Source: Sminthopsis crassicaudata
Taxonomy: Eukaryota
Length of the DNA: 64,000 nt
Direction: 5' to 3'
Assembly (NCBI RefSeq): GCF_048593235.1
Contig: NC_133620.1
Coordinates: 228,099,929 to 228,163,928 of the forward strand
The position numbers and the translations under genes were made by a program. Under the pieces are notes generated by a model. That model saw nothing but the letters and a program-made list of their open reading frames with translations, searched no databases and had not been told where the DNA came from. Positions 39,972-50,937 of the stretch are shown here, one piece after another (position 1 is the first letter of the stretch; each line of letters begins with the position of its first letter).

Positions 39972-41825
39972 AGCTGCCAAATTCCTAAAGCAAAACTCCC
40001 CTTCATTGATGGGGAGGTGAGAATTGTGCATTTTGTTAATTCATTTACCTTGTAATATGATATATGGATACAGTGAGGTTTTGCATTAGTTACTGGAAGG
40101 TTTAATATTGCAAAGTAGGAAAGGTGGGAATCAGTAGAGTGAAGGAAAGAAAAAAACTATTTTCTTAGTTTTTGTGTATTCTTAAGTTCATTTGCATGCC
40201 AATTCGGGGAGGATCTTTGAAGCAAAGTGAACTTTCTAGTGACATGTAAGCTCTGGCCCTTTATTATGTGATAAGTAGGACTCCTGGTTGGTCCTTTAAT
40301 CACCATAATGTAGGAAGTAGATGATTGTTTCTCTCCTTTTAGTATTTTAGATAAGGGATTGAGAAGAATGAGATTACTAAACAACAAACCTGCAAAGTGG
40401 ATATTTCCAACTTTAGCAGCTATCTTGCCAGCTCCAATCAATCAGTAAACAATTATTAAGTGCCTACTATGTACCAGGCACTCTGCTAAATGCTAGGGGT
40501 ACAAAAATAGTCCCTGCCTTCACAGAGCTTACAATATAATAGGGAAGAAATATAAATACAAATATAAATAAAGCAAGCTCTAAAATTAATAAAGAGGAAA
40601 TAATTAAAAGAGGAAAAGTACAGCAATTAAAAAGGGTTGAGGAAGATTACCTGTAGAAAGAGAGTCATTGACTTGGATCCTGGTTGCTTAGTGAGAAATA
40701 TTCCATCTAACTATATCCTTTTCATAGAACAAAATGAGTGTTACATCATTCCTGGACTAGAATAAAATGCAGACTTAGAGTTATTGTTTGAAAGTTTAAA
40801 TTCCAAAGTGAATGAAATATTTATTAGTCCTGGTGAATGGAGGAAATGGACTATATGTTTTAAATATGCATCAAAGCTCACTTGAAAGTCTTTCGTGGTT
40901 TAAGCATGATATCTGATATCTGCTAGTTTATTCATTGAATAGCTTTTTTAGAAGGGACCTTATTAATATCATTTGGGGAGATAATAAACATGAGTCAAAC
41001 TTATGCTTTATTTAAGAGATTTCTCCATGACTGTGGAAGAAGTAGGTATTATTGCATATGTATGTGTACAAGGATATACATAAATTCATACATGCATGTA
41101 TGTGTGTGCACTTAAACGTGTGTATATGTATGTACACACATCTGTATGAGCCTGCTCATCACAAAATAGCTGGTAGCCTCCATTAGTAATTACTCTGCAG
41201 CTTTCCTTCTCTAGATTTTCAGTGATCTTAAGTTCTATATTACTTAGCTCTGCTAGACTTATAAAAAAGATGAAAACATTCCAGGTGCATCGACAAATAA
41301 CCTGGCTCCAAACTGCAGCTTTGCCTCAATAGACCAGCATTTTATTCTGTAGCAGGAGAATTGGACCAGAAGAATGGAAGGGTGATGTACATGGAGCCAG
41401 TTACAGCACAGGACCAATATCCATGGAAACATTCAGAGGTGGGGAGCTGAGACCACAGTGTAGATTCATTCTCTGACTGAAACACTCTTTCCAGTGAATG
41501 AATCTCTCTTATTTTTAATAGGGGACAAAAAGATAACTGCCATAAAAGGACAAATAATAACAAAAAATGCATTTACAAAAATGTGCATATATGTGCAAAC
41601 ACACATGTAACATATACATGCACGAATATATTCATTTACATATTATGTGTGTACAGACATTATAGTGTGTGCGTGTATCTACATACACGTTTGAGCATAT
41701 ATATGTATATGTTTATATAACTATGCATATGTATTTGCATCTAATGCATAAAAGTTGTTTCTTAGAACAATTTTAAGTACTATTAAAGCTTAAAATTGCA
41801 CTAACACTTTTTGGATACTGTAGAC

Positions 41826-41873
41826 ATATATACACCTAAATATATATATATATATACACATATATATATATGC

Positions 41874-41907
<34 letters not shown>

Positions 41908-42015
41908 CTTCTATGCATATATATGCATACACAAATATATGCATAGAAGAAGGGAAAATATGTGGGTCTTTTATGTACATATTAATAAATATTTATATAT
42001 GTGTGTATATATAAA
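41826..42015. repeat. Degenerate (TA)n/(TACA)n low-complexity tract
   Basis: Seen directly. Confidence 0.9.
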
Positions 42016-43245
42016 TACATGATCCTTCAACCAACTGAGCTTAACAGGTGAGGCAGTGGACTACTTACTTTATAAAGGACATGATTATGGAATCTCTTTC
42101 TCTGAACATATTTTTTAAATGCAATGCAGGCTTTTCACCACAGTGGATTTTTGTTTCCTGTAATAAATCCAAAGGTGACCATAAGTATATATTGTGAACC
42201 TCCTGAGGGGATTTGAGGTAAAAAGAGTAGGTGACTCAAACATGGTTTTGCCACAAATTATACTGTATCTCTTGAGGTCTTTCCAGCCCTTATGATAGCC
42301 AATATTTTAAACAAAAAAAAGCACAGAAAAACATAATGTTGTGGGGAATGAAGCTAAGAATCAGGCACAGGGAGATGAGGAGAGAAATAACTTTTATTTC
42401 TACGTCTGTTGCTGTGATTATCTATAAAAGTTTAAACCAGACAGTTTTAGTGAAATTCAGGTTTTCAGGTATTGTTAAAGAATACAAAGGCTAATGGATA
42501 GTTACTGGGGGAGGTTTCACCATAGTGACAGTTGGACGTATTACTTTTAATGTAGGATTACTCACTAAATCCAAAAAATAATTGAGAAGAGTAATGGAAT
42601 GTGTTCCAATGTTCCTTTCTGCATCTGTAATGATTTTACATGCTTCATTAGCTTCTATATCTGTAGATGGCAGAATACTCTCCATTAGCCCTTTAACCTT
42701 GAACTCTAATTTCATTATTATTAATTCTCTTAACTTGAGCTAAATTAACATATTGAATAATGTATTGCAATGGAAAGTGCCCTAGATCTGAGTCCAAATT
42801 CTGGCTTTGTGGTTTCCTACCTCTTTGACCTCTGGTAATCAATCAACAAGCACTTATTTATAATGTGCCTATTATATTCCAGGCACTGGGCAAGTCACTT
42901 ATAGACAACTAGAAAAATGCTGACTTTATTGATACATCTCCTGTCTTTGGATCACACAGGCTTAATTGTAGGGTCTCTTTCACAAAAACATATAAAAATC
43001 AAACAGTATATTTCAGCTCCTTGATCAATATATCAAGGATCTATGATTTTATCAGTGTGAGAACTCTCTCCCCCAGGGTAAATCATAACCTAGTTATAAA
43101 AATTAGGCAACTTTTATAAGACCTATAAGATTAGGATGACTTGTCCATATGTCACATAGCTAGAAAGCATCAGAAGTGGGATTTGAACTCAGTCTTCTTT
43201 AATTGAAGTGCAGCATTTCATTTACTGTAAAGGGCTAGAACTGAG

Positions 43246-43629
43246 ATGATGACAGTCACCCACATTCTGACTCCAAGCAGCAAAACCCAGGAATATACTT
43301 GACAGCAGCTGTGACAGCTGACTGACCTATGCTCACCATCTATATAAATGGCATATCATTAGAAGGACTGGTGGACACAGGTGCAGATCACACAATCATT
43401 AGAGGTGCCAACTGGCCCAGTCACTGGCCAAAGACTAAGGCAGACACCTAAATGTCTGGGGTAGGAGAAGCAATAGCAGCTGAAGTAAGTGCTATACCTT
43501 TAAGATGGATATTTGAAGGTGAAACAGGAGTTTTTACTCCTTTTATACTTGAAAAAAATCCCCATCAATCTATGGGGAAGAGATATTTTACAACAATTAG
43601 GGTTAAAAATGAGTACTTCGGTTTTTTAG
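43246..43629 (+). pseudogene. ERV protease (pro) remnant
   Basis: ...PMLTIYINGISLEGLVDTGADHTII...WPSHWP...; DTGAD at 43374-43388; ends [15 protein letters not shown]...F-TAG. Contains internal TGA and TAA stops and a +1 A in the run at 43552-43558. Confidence 0.9.
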
Positions 43630-46269
43630 GCAGGGCTGCTGTTGAAGGCCTGCCACCACTTTCACCTGTTCCTATCCAATGGAAAACCAATACACCAGTG
43701 TGGATAGAACAGTGGCCCTTAGGTAGCGATAAAATTCAGGCCTTACTAGATATAGTACAGGAACAACTTGACCAAGGACACTTACAACCTTCTCTAAGGA
43801 ATTCCCCAGTATTTGTTGTAAAAAAGAAATCTGGAAAATGGAGGATATTGACTGATTTAAGAAAGGTAAATGAACAGATGGAAACAATGGGAACTCTTCA
43901 ACCTGGACTTCCATCTCCTACTCAGTTGCCAAGAGAATGGCCTCTATGGGTTATAGACATTAAGGATTGTTTCTATTCTATCCTTCTAGATAAGGAGGAT
44001 ATGAAAAGATTTGCCTTTTCAGTGCCCAGTGTTAACTTAGCTGAGCCTTATAAAAGATATGAATGGACAGTTTTGCCACAGGGAATGAAAAACAGCCCTA
44101 CTATGTGTCAAATGTATGTTGCTGCTGCTCTTACTCCAGTAAGAAAAGCATTTCCAAAAGTAATGTTATTACATTACATGGATAATATCTTGGGGTGTGC
44201 ATTTGAGGAACAAATGTTAGAAGCATGTCTACAAAAAAACCATAGAAACACTAAGGAATTATAGATTTACATAGCTTCAGAAAAGATTCAAAAACATGCT
44301 CCTTTTCAATATTTAGGACATGAAGTATATCCTAAGGTGCTTACAGTAAAAAACTCTCCTTAAGAACAGAGAAGCTAAACACTTTAAATGACTTCCAGAA
44401 ATTGATAGGAGATATCCAATGGATGTGTCCCATGCTAGGCTTGACTACCTGTCAATTGCAAACATTATATGACATTTTAAGGGGAGACAGTGCTTTAAAT
44501 TCACCACACCAGCTTACAAAAGAAGCTCAAGAGACTCTGAGACAAGTTGAACTGGCTTTATCCAGTTGGTTGAAAGAGTTACTCAAAAACCCTTGGAAAT
44601 ATCAGTTTTTGCTACACAAGAGGCACCCACAGCAGTCCTTCATCAAGGAGACAGTGTGATGGAGTGGGTGAACCTCCCAGCACAACCAGAACAAAGCCTT
44701 ATTCCTTACCCAGTGCTTGTGGCTAGAATTTTATTAAAGGCCATTAAGCATACAGTACAATTATTTGGGATAAGACCTGACAAGATATACACCCTTTATA
44801 CTAATGCACAAATTAATGTGTGCTGTGAAGCCATCCCAGAGTGGCAAATTTTATTAGCCATGGCTCCAAATTTTACACATGGGTCTCCATTAAAGATAAC
44901 CAGACTGTTACATAATTGGCGATGGATTCTTGAAGAAAAGGTTTCTAAAGTTCCTCTTAAAGGACCAACTATTTTTACAGATACATCCAAACATAATATT
45001 TGCGCTGTATATTCTCGTGACTTAACTATAAAGAGAGTAATCAGAACTCCTTTTCAGTCCACTCAGCAGAATGAATGGTATGCAATCATTCTGGCTCTTG
45101 CTTATTATCTGGGAGAAATAAATATAATATCTGATTTGGCCTATTTGGTAGGTGTGGTACAAAGAATTGCCACAGCCCAAATAAAATTTGTAGCCTCCAA
45201 TATATATCAGCTCTTTAAGGAACTTCAAGAGCAAATGAGAAAGCATCCAAGTAAGATTTATATTTTGCATGTCCACTCTCACAGGGGACTTCCAGGTCCT
45301 ATTTTTGATGGTAATTCAAAGGCAGATAGCCTTCTAACCATGTTGGCCAATATTCCTTTATTTCAAGAAGCACAAGAATCTCATTCAAAATATCATCAGG
45401 CTGCCCAAGCTTTACGTTTGCAGTTTGGAATAACAAGAGAAGAAGCTAGGAGCATAGTAAAAGCCTGTACAGCTTGCCTTCCTTTCCATGGTCCTACACT
45501 CCCTCCAGGGAAGAACCCTCATGGTTTGAGACCTAATGAAATTTGGCAAATGGATGTGACCCATTATAAATCTTTTGGTCGTCTGTCTTTTATCCACATC
45601 ATGGTAGACACCTTTTCAGGATTCACATTTGCAATGCCAGCAGCAAAAGAGACAGCCTGAGTGGTCATTGAATTCCTTATACAAGCATTTGCAATTATGG
45701 GTGTGCCACAAGCAATAAAAACAGACAATGCATCTGCATATACATCTAAACATTTTACATACTTTTGTGCACAGTATAAGATTTTACAAACCACGGGCAT
45801 ACCCTTTAATCCTCAAGGGCAGGCAATAGTAGAGAGAAGAAATAGAGATATTAAGACACTCCTCCAAAAACAAAAGAAAGGGGGAGCCACGGGTAACCCT
45901 AGAGAACTTCTAAATTTAGTTCTCTATACCATTAATTTTTAAATTTTTGACAAAGATGCACTGGCTCTGGCAGACAGGTTTTATAACCCACCAGAAGGGC
46001 AGTGTCCAGTGTGAGCAGCTCCACTGTCTTTAGATAATCGCCAGGTGATGTGGAGAGACCCAGAAAGTGGTGAATGGAGGGGACCAGATAGGTTAACTGC
46101 TTGGGGGAGAGGGTTTGCTTGTATCTCCACAGATGGAGAAGGAATCAGATGGGCGCCAACGAGCCGTATTCGCCTTGTCTATTGGAGACAGACACAGCAG
46201 ACCCTTGAAATGAAGGAGAAGACCCAAGAAACATTGGGTGGTTCCATTGCTGACTGTGCCCACCACTGA
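43621..46269 (+). pseudogene. ERV pol (RT-RNaseH-integrase), disrupted by stops and frameshifts
   Basis: RT: [32 protein letters not shown] (YMDD mutated). RNase H: IFTD..QQNE..IISD..HVHSH. IN: H..H..C..C, WQMDVTH, KTDN, GQAIVER. These motifs are typical of betaretroviruses. Confidence 0.95.
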
Positions 46270-46317
46270 AAGAACCTGGAGGTTATGGCGTTTGACCCAT
46301 GGAGATCAAAAACTGTT

Positions 46318-46475
46318 GGACTTGAAAATCCTCAGGAATCATTGGATTCTCTGAGACATCATAAGACTATTGTAGGACTTGAAAGCCCTCAGGAATTACT
46401 GGCTTCTCTGAGGCATCATAAGACTGTTGCAGGACTTCAAAAACTTGTGGGGATCATTGGATTCCCTAACATGTT
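46318..46475 (+). repeat. 57-bp tandem repeat (~2.7 copies) inside the provirus
   Basis: GGACTT unit starts at 46318, 46375 and 46432. Confidence 0.9.
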
Positions 46476-46480
46476 AAGCA

Positions 46481-46640
46481 ATGGACAATAGATTGGTTTT
46501 GGACTATTTCTTGGTTGCTGAAGAAGGGGTATGTGTGTCTGGTGTTTACATACCCTCCTTCTAGGACTTCTGGAAATCTTTTACAAAACTGTGTTGATTT
46601 ATATTGTTTGTTAAATCACCACTTGTATGTACAATTCATG
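46481..46640 (+). pseudogene. env transmembrane-subunit remnant with gamma-type immunosuppressive domain
   Basis: 46481-46534 translates MDNRLVLDYFLVAEEGVC, compared with the consensus LQNRxxLDxLxxxxGGxC. A hydrophobic stretch follows in another frame. Confidence 0.7.
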
Positions 46641-46918
46641 TTTGTTACACCACATCGAGCCTGCACTGACTGTAAGGAGAGTCATCCCTAATAGCCTCTG
46701 TGTTATTGCTATGTGCTTGTGTAATAACTCTCATGCTGATGGGTTTGTGCATTCTTGTCTCTAATAAGACCCTTCAACCCAGAAACCCGCTAGCAATCCC
46801 CACTTCTCTTTGGTGCTTTTCATCTCCCTTCCTGAGATGTCAGGGGGGGCATGATCACCTCCTTTTTGGGGTTCTCACCTCCCTGAAAAGTCAGGGATGG
46901 CGTGACTACCTGTGGTCT

Positions 46919-46939
46919 AAAACAAAAGAAAGCAGGAGA
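46919..46939 (+). promoter_or_regulatory. Polypurine tract of the provirus
   Basis: AAAACAAAAGAAAGCAGGAGA directly abuts the TG of the 3' LTR. Confidence 0.85.
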
Positions 46940-47286
46940 TGTAAAGGGCTAGAACTGAGCAAATGCATTTGGATAATGGAGCACGTGAGACTAATTGCCA
47001 ATTGGAAGGTTCCCTATTAACTTGTTTGAAGGTTGACCCTCCCCAGCTGTTCTGTGCTGACTTGATTGGTGGGACAAAGAGGGGGAAGTGACGTGTGTGG
47101 GAGGAGTAGGAGGAGGAAGAAGAGGAAATTGAGACGCTCACACTCAGTCTCTCCTGGCATTTGAGGGAGGAAGGTGTGTGTGAGGTTGCTAGGTTTAAGC
47201 CCCTGACCTTGACGGTAAAAGATCAAGAATAAAGACGTTTAGTGATCCTGACTCTGGCTGATTTTTGGGAAGACAGAGTTCCAGCA
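46940..47286 (+). mobile_element. 3' LTR of the provirus (347 bp)
   Basis: TGTAAAGGGC...GAGTTCCAGCA; AATAAA at 47228-47233; several CpGs retained, including a CACGTG E-box. Confidence 0.95.
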
Positions 47287-49005
47287 ATTTACTATTTCAC
47301 ACTGCATCTAATTAATTCCAGTATTTTACATTAAGAAACATGAAAAGTCTTTGTGGTGCATAATATTTTTTCAAAATTATCTGGTACTTACATGAATGAA
47401 ACCCAATGGTAATGAACAGAGTAACACTATTATCCATTCTGGCTTAACAGAAAAACCAAAAAGCTTTCCATGAAGATTGAACAATCAATATGCAGTGAAC
47501 AGACTTACTGATTTATGTAAATACAAAACTTACAATATATAATTTCTATTTTTCTTATCTTACTTTTTTAATGACTGGATATTTTCCTGGTGAAAATAAA
47601 CATTTCAAAAACATTATTGAGCTTTGTACATAAGCACATGAAAGTGTCAAGAACCCTGATCCTGGCATTATATAATTATTATATAAAAATTACCAATTCT
47701 TTTTTAATTAAGAAAGTAAAACCTTAAGAAATACATTAGAAAAGTGAGTGGGAGGAATATAGAATAACTGTAACCCACCTCTACAAGGAGGAGAGAGAGA
47801 AAGGAAGAGAGTTCACAGAATTGTGAGATTTAGAGCCAGAATCAATCAATTAGCATTTATTTAGTGCTTACTACGCATGTACCTAAGCACTGCAAGAGAT
47901 TACCTAATCCAATTCTCTCATTTTACAAGTGAAGAAAATGAGACCCTAGTGAGATGAAGTAATTTGTCTAAGATCATTAGTAAATAAGCGTTTATTAAGC
48001 ACCTACTGTGTACTAACACTGGTGATTTTTTTTAAAAAGGCAAAAAAAAAAAAATTGAACTCATAGTCTAATGGGCAGTAAAAGGCAGAGGAAGGATTTC
48101 CACCTAAGTCTTCTAATTCCAAACCTAGGACCCTCTTTACTAAACTAGGGGATTCCTCTGTATGGTTTGACAAAACAGAAACAGAATAGAAAATACTGGA
48201 AAAAACTTTCACTAAAGTGGATAAAACGTTGGTCTTATCACAGAATGGAGGTGACCCTGTTTTCACAAAGACTATAGAGAGGCTACTAACTTCTATCAAG
48301 CTCAAAAAACTTTAAGTATGCACCTGTTAACGGACTACCCACCACTCTGTTACGTGAGGACCAGTTTACTTAAGTTCAGGGTTCATGACTGTGATTAGCC
48401 ACAGCAAAGTTATCAGCTAAAGCATCTATCATCTGATATCTGTGTGATCTTGGACTTGCCTGGTTCACAAGATTCTGATTTTCTCTCTTATTCTTCAGAT
48501 TCCTTATCAAATTAAGAAGTTTCTATAATGTCCCCTTTGGCTCCTATAGAATGGAAGATCCTTATGGGAAAAGACTGTTTTGCTTCTGTCTTTACATCTA
48601 CTAGCACAGCTTTTGGGACATTATCAAGCACTTGATGAATACTTGCTAACTGATTGATTGCTTGTTAAATCTATGAGCCTATGATCTATGAGCATGTGGG
48701 GAATCCCAGTTCACATTATTGGAGAGAATATCTTGCTTGGTGAAATCACAGGTCTTTTAATCATGAAAAACCTCCAAATCAAAATGCGAAATTGTCTTTT
48801 TCAAAAAAGAACACAACTCAGGGCTTTAGTGACATTAAAATGGATGACAGATTCAAGCTAAATAAAAAAGCCATTCAAAATGTTTACTTGTGCTTTTTCC
48901 CCCAATTGAAAGTGTGAATTTTAGTGACCATATATAAATCAGACTGTAGAGTAACAATCAATTACAAATTGATAATAACTAATTCCAATGTTATATATCT
49001 ATATA

Positions 49006-49062
49006 CAAGGTGGCCCAAAAGTATTAGTGTAGTTTTAAGCTATTAAGCTTAAAGATATCTTG
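49006..49062. mobile_element. Tc1/mariner-type palindromic mini-MITE fragment; a second copy lies at ~41745-41820
   Basis: TA-flanked CAAGGTGGCCCAAAAGTATTAGTGTAGTTTTAAGC..GCTTAAA; the copy at 41.8 kb carries the complementary arm AAGCTTAAAATTGCACTAACACTTTTTGGATACTG-TA. Confidence 0.5.
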
Positions 49063-49211
49063 TATTATACATGTGTGTATATACATATACATACATACAC
49101 ACATCATATGGGCCTCCATATCTCATTCAGACTCAAATGCAGAAGCCATTCACTGGTCCACTTCTAATATTAATTCATGTAGAAGCTTTAACCTGCCATA
49201 TTTTTCTTTCC

Positions 49212-49392
49212 TAAATTGATTTACTCCTTTTTAGGCAACCTGGAAGCTCTTTGCTCCCATGGGTTCATGCTGGTAGTGCCGATCTTAGCTTTGGCTTTAG
49301 CTGTATTGTAGTTTAGACTTCCTAAACTTAACCATCCACCAGCCTCAACCTCGCCGTAGTAGGGATTACAGATATATCCCACCATTCCTGGT
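49212..49392 (-). pseudogene. 7SL (SRP) RNA-derived retrocopy, 5' ~180 nt, diverged
   Basis: The reverse complement aligns to 7SL landmarks: ..CTGTAATCCC..GAGGTTGAGGCTGG..GGAT.., ..GATCGGCA.., CCAGGTTGCCTAA. Confidence 0.85.
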
Positions 49393-49538
49393 TTCAGTTT
49401 TATATGGAAGTTGGGTTTTAATCCCATGTTACATGGGTGGAACTAATAGGTAAATAGGGAAGTAATTTTAAAGGATATGCATGTGATCACAAATTCTTAG
49501 AATTGCAAGGGATCCAAAATTTCAAGGGTTATCTTGTC

Positions 49539-49731
49539 CAAAGCTTCTTGAACTTTTCCCACTTGAGACCCCTTTTTGCCCAAGAAATTTTTACATGACC
49601 CCAAGCATATAATTATATAAAAAAGTTATCAAAATAAACATTTACTGATAATAATGCATAATTTTGTGACACCCACATTTATAGTTATGAGACCCCACAT
49701 GGGATCTTGAACCACAGTTTAAGAAGCTTTA
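49539..49731. mobile_element. hAT-Charlie-type MITE (193 bp)
   Basis: Terminal inverted repeats (TIRs) CAAAGCTTCTTGAACT / AGTTTAAGAAGCTTTA match at 14/16; 8-bp TSD ATCTTGTC / ATCTAGTC matches at 7/8. Confidence 0.85.
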
Positions 49732-50091
49732 ATCTAGTCTAAATTGTATGTTAGCAGGATTCCCTTCTATTACATGCCTAAATTTCTAACTCTTTACTTG
49801 AAGACCTAAAGTGATAGAAAATTTCCCATGTCCCAAAAACCACTACAATAATAGCCAGCAGTTATAAAGTTCTTTAATACATGTTAACTTTATATATATT
49901 TATGTTATATATGTTATCTTATTTGATTTAATCTTCATAACAACTGTAAGGTAGTAGCTGTCATTTACTGTCTTTTTCCAAATAATAATACTGAGGCTGA
50001 GATGGATCAACTGAATTGCATAGTCATATAAGTCATAAGTGTATGAGGAAAGATTTGAATTCAGATCTTCCTGACTTCAATCCAGCATTTT

Positions 50092-50246
50092 TTTTTAATT
50101 TTTTATTTTTTTGCTGAGGCAATTGGGATTAAGTGAGTTGCCCAGGGTCACACAGCTAGGAAGTGTTGTGTCTGAGACCAAATTTGAACTCAGCTCCTCC
50201 TGACTTCAGGGCTGATGCTCTATCCACTGTGCCACCTAGCTGCCCC
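50092..50246 (-). mobile_element. WSINE1-like SINE nested in a MIR
   Basis: TSD TCCAGCATTT on both sides. Confidence 0.85.
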
Positions 50247-50792
50247 AAGTCCAGCATTTTATCCACTGTGATAACTAACTGACTACATTTTACTCTGGGA
50301 TAGATCTAGTTATTAGGAAATATTTCCTCATATCTAATTCAAATAATTCTCCATGCAAATTCTACTCCTTCAAGCAAACTCTAAACTTTCTTATACATGA
50401 TATCCCATAAAAAATATTTAATGTCAGCACATATATTTCTTGTAAGTTTTTTTTTCCTCCAAACAAAATATTCCTAGTTCCTTCAACAAAACCTCAAGGA
50501 GCAGAGTTTCAAGTGAGTGAACCATCTTGATTACCCTCATCTTTACCAGTTGATAAACTTTGGCTATGTCAATAGACAATGTCAAAGACATTAATAAATG
50601 TCCTTCCTATATTAAGACACTAGAAATGGACCATATATTCTAAATGTGGCATTATTACAGTGATACAACTGATTCCCTTTTTCTGAATCCCATACTGAAT
50701 TAGCCTAAATAGACAAAAACTCACTGATGCTCCTGCTAATGCAATTGGCCTATGATAATGGCATTAGCCCAACAATAAAGTACAGTGCTCTT

Positions 50793-50937
50793 CCCCCCCC
50801 TCCCCTGAGGCTGGGGTTAAGTGACTTGCCCAGGGTCACACAGCTAGGAAGTGTTAAGTGTCTGAGACCAGATTTGAACTCTAGTCCTCCTGAATTCAAG
50901 GCTGGTGCTCTATCCACCGCACCACCTTAGCTGCCCC
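50793..50937 (-). mobile_element. WSINE1-like SINE with a G-rich tail
   Basis: Perfect 12-bp TSD TACAGTGCTCTT. Confidence 0.88.

Larger units (their letters stand above)
43226..47286 (+). mobile_element. Degenerate class II (betaretrovirus-like) ERV provirus, 5'-deleted and env-deleted
   Basis: TG...CA termini and a perfect 6-bp TSD ATTTAC (43220-43225 and 47287-47292). The first 20 bp equal the start of the 3' LTR. Pro, RT, RNase H and IN motifs are present, as is a polypurine tract (PPT). Inserted into a MIR-like SINE tail. Confidence 0.95.

Noticed and set aside
43452-44264. 270-aa ORF as an intact protease-RT fusion gene
   Set aside because: It is created by a 1-nt insertion in an A-run, lacks the DTG active site, has YMDN instead of YMDD, and ends at a frameshift.
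46318-46475. Regularly spaced repeats as a CRISPR-like array
   Set aside because: The units are head-to-tail with no unique spacers, and they lie inside a eukaryotic ERV.
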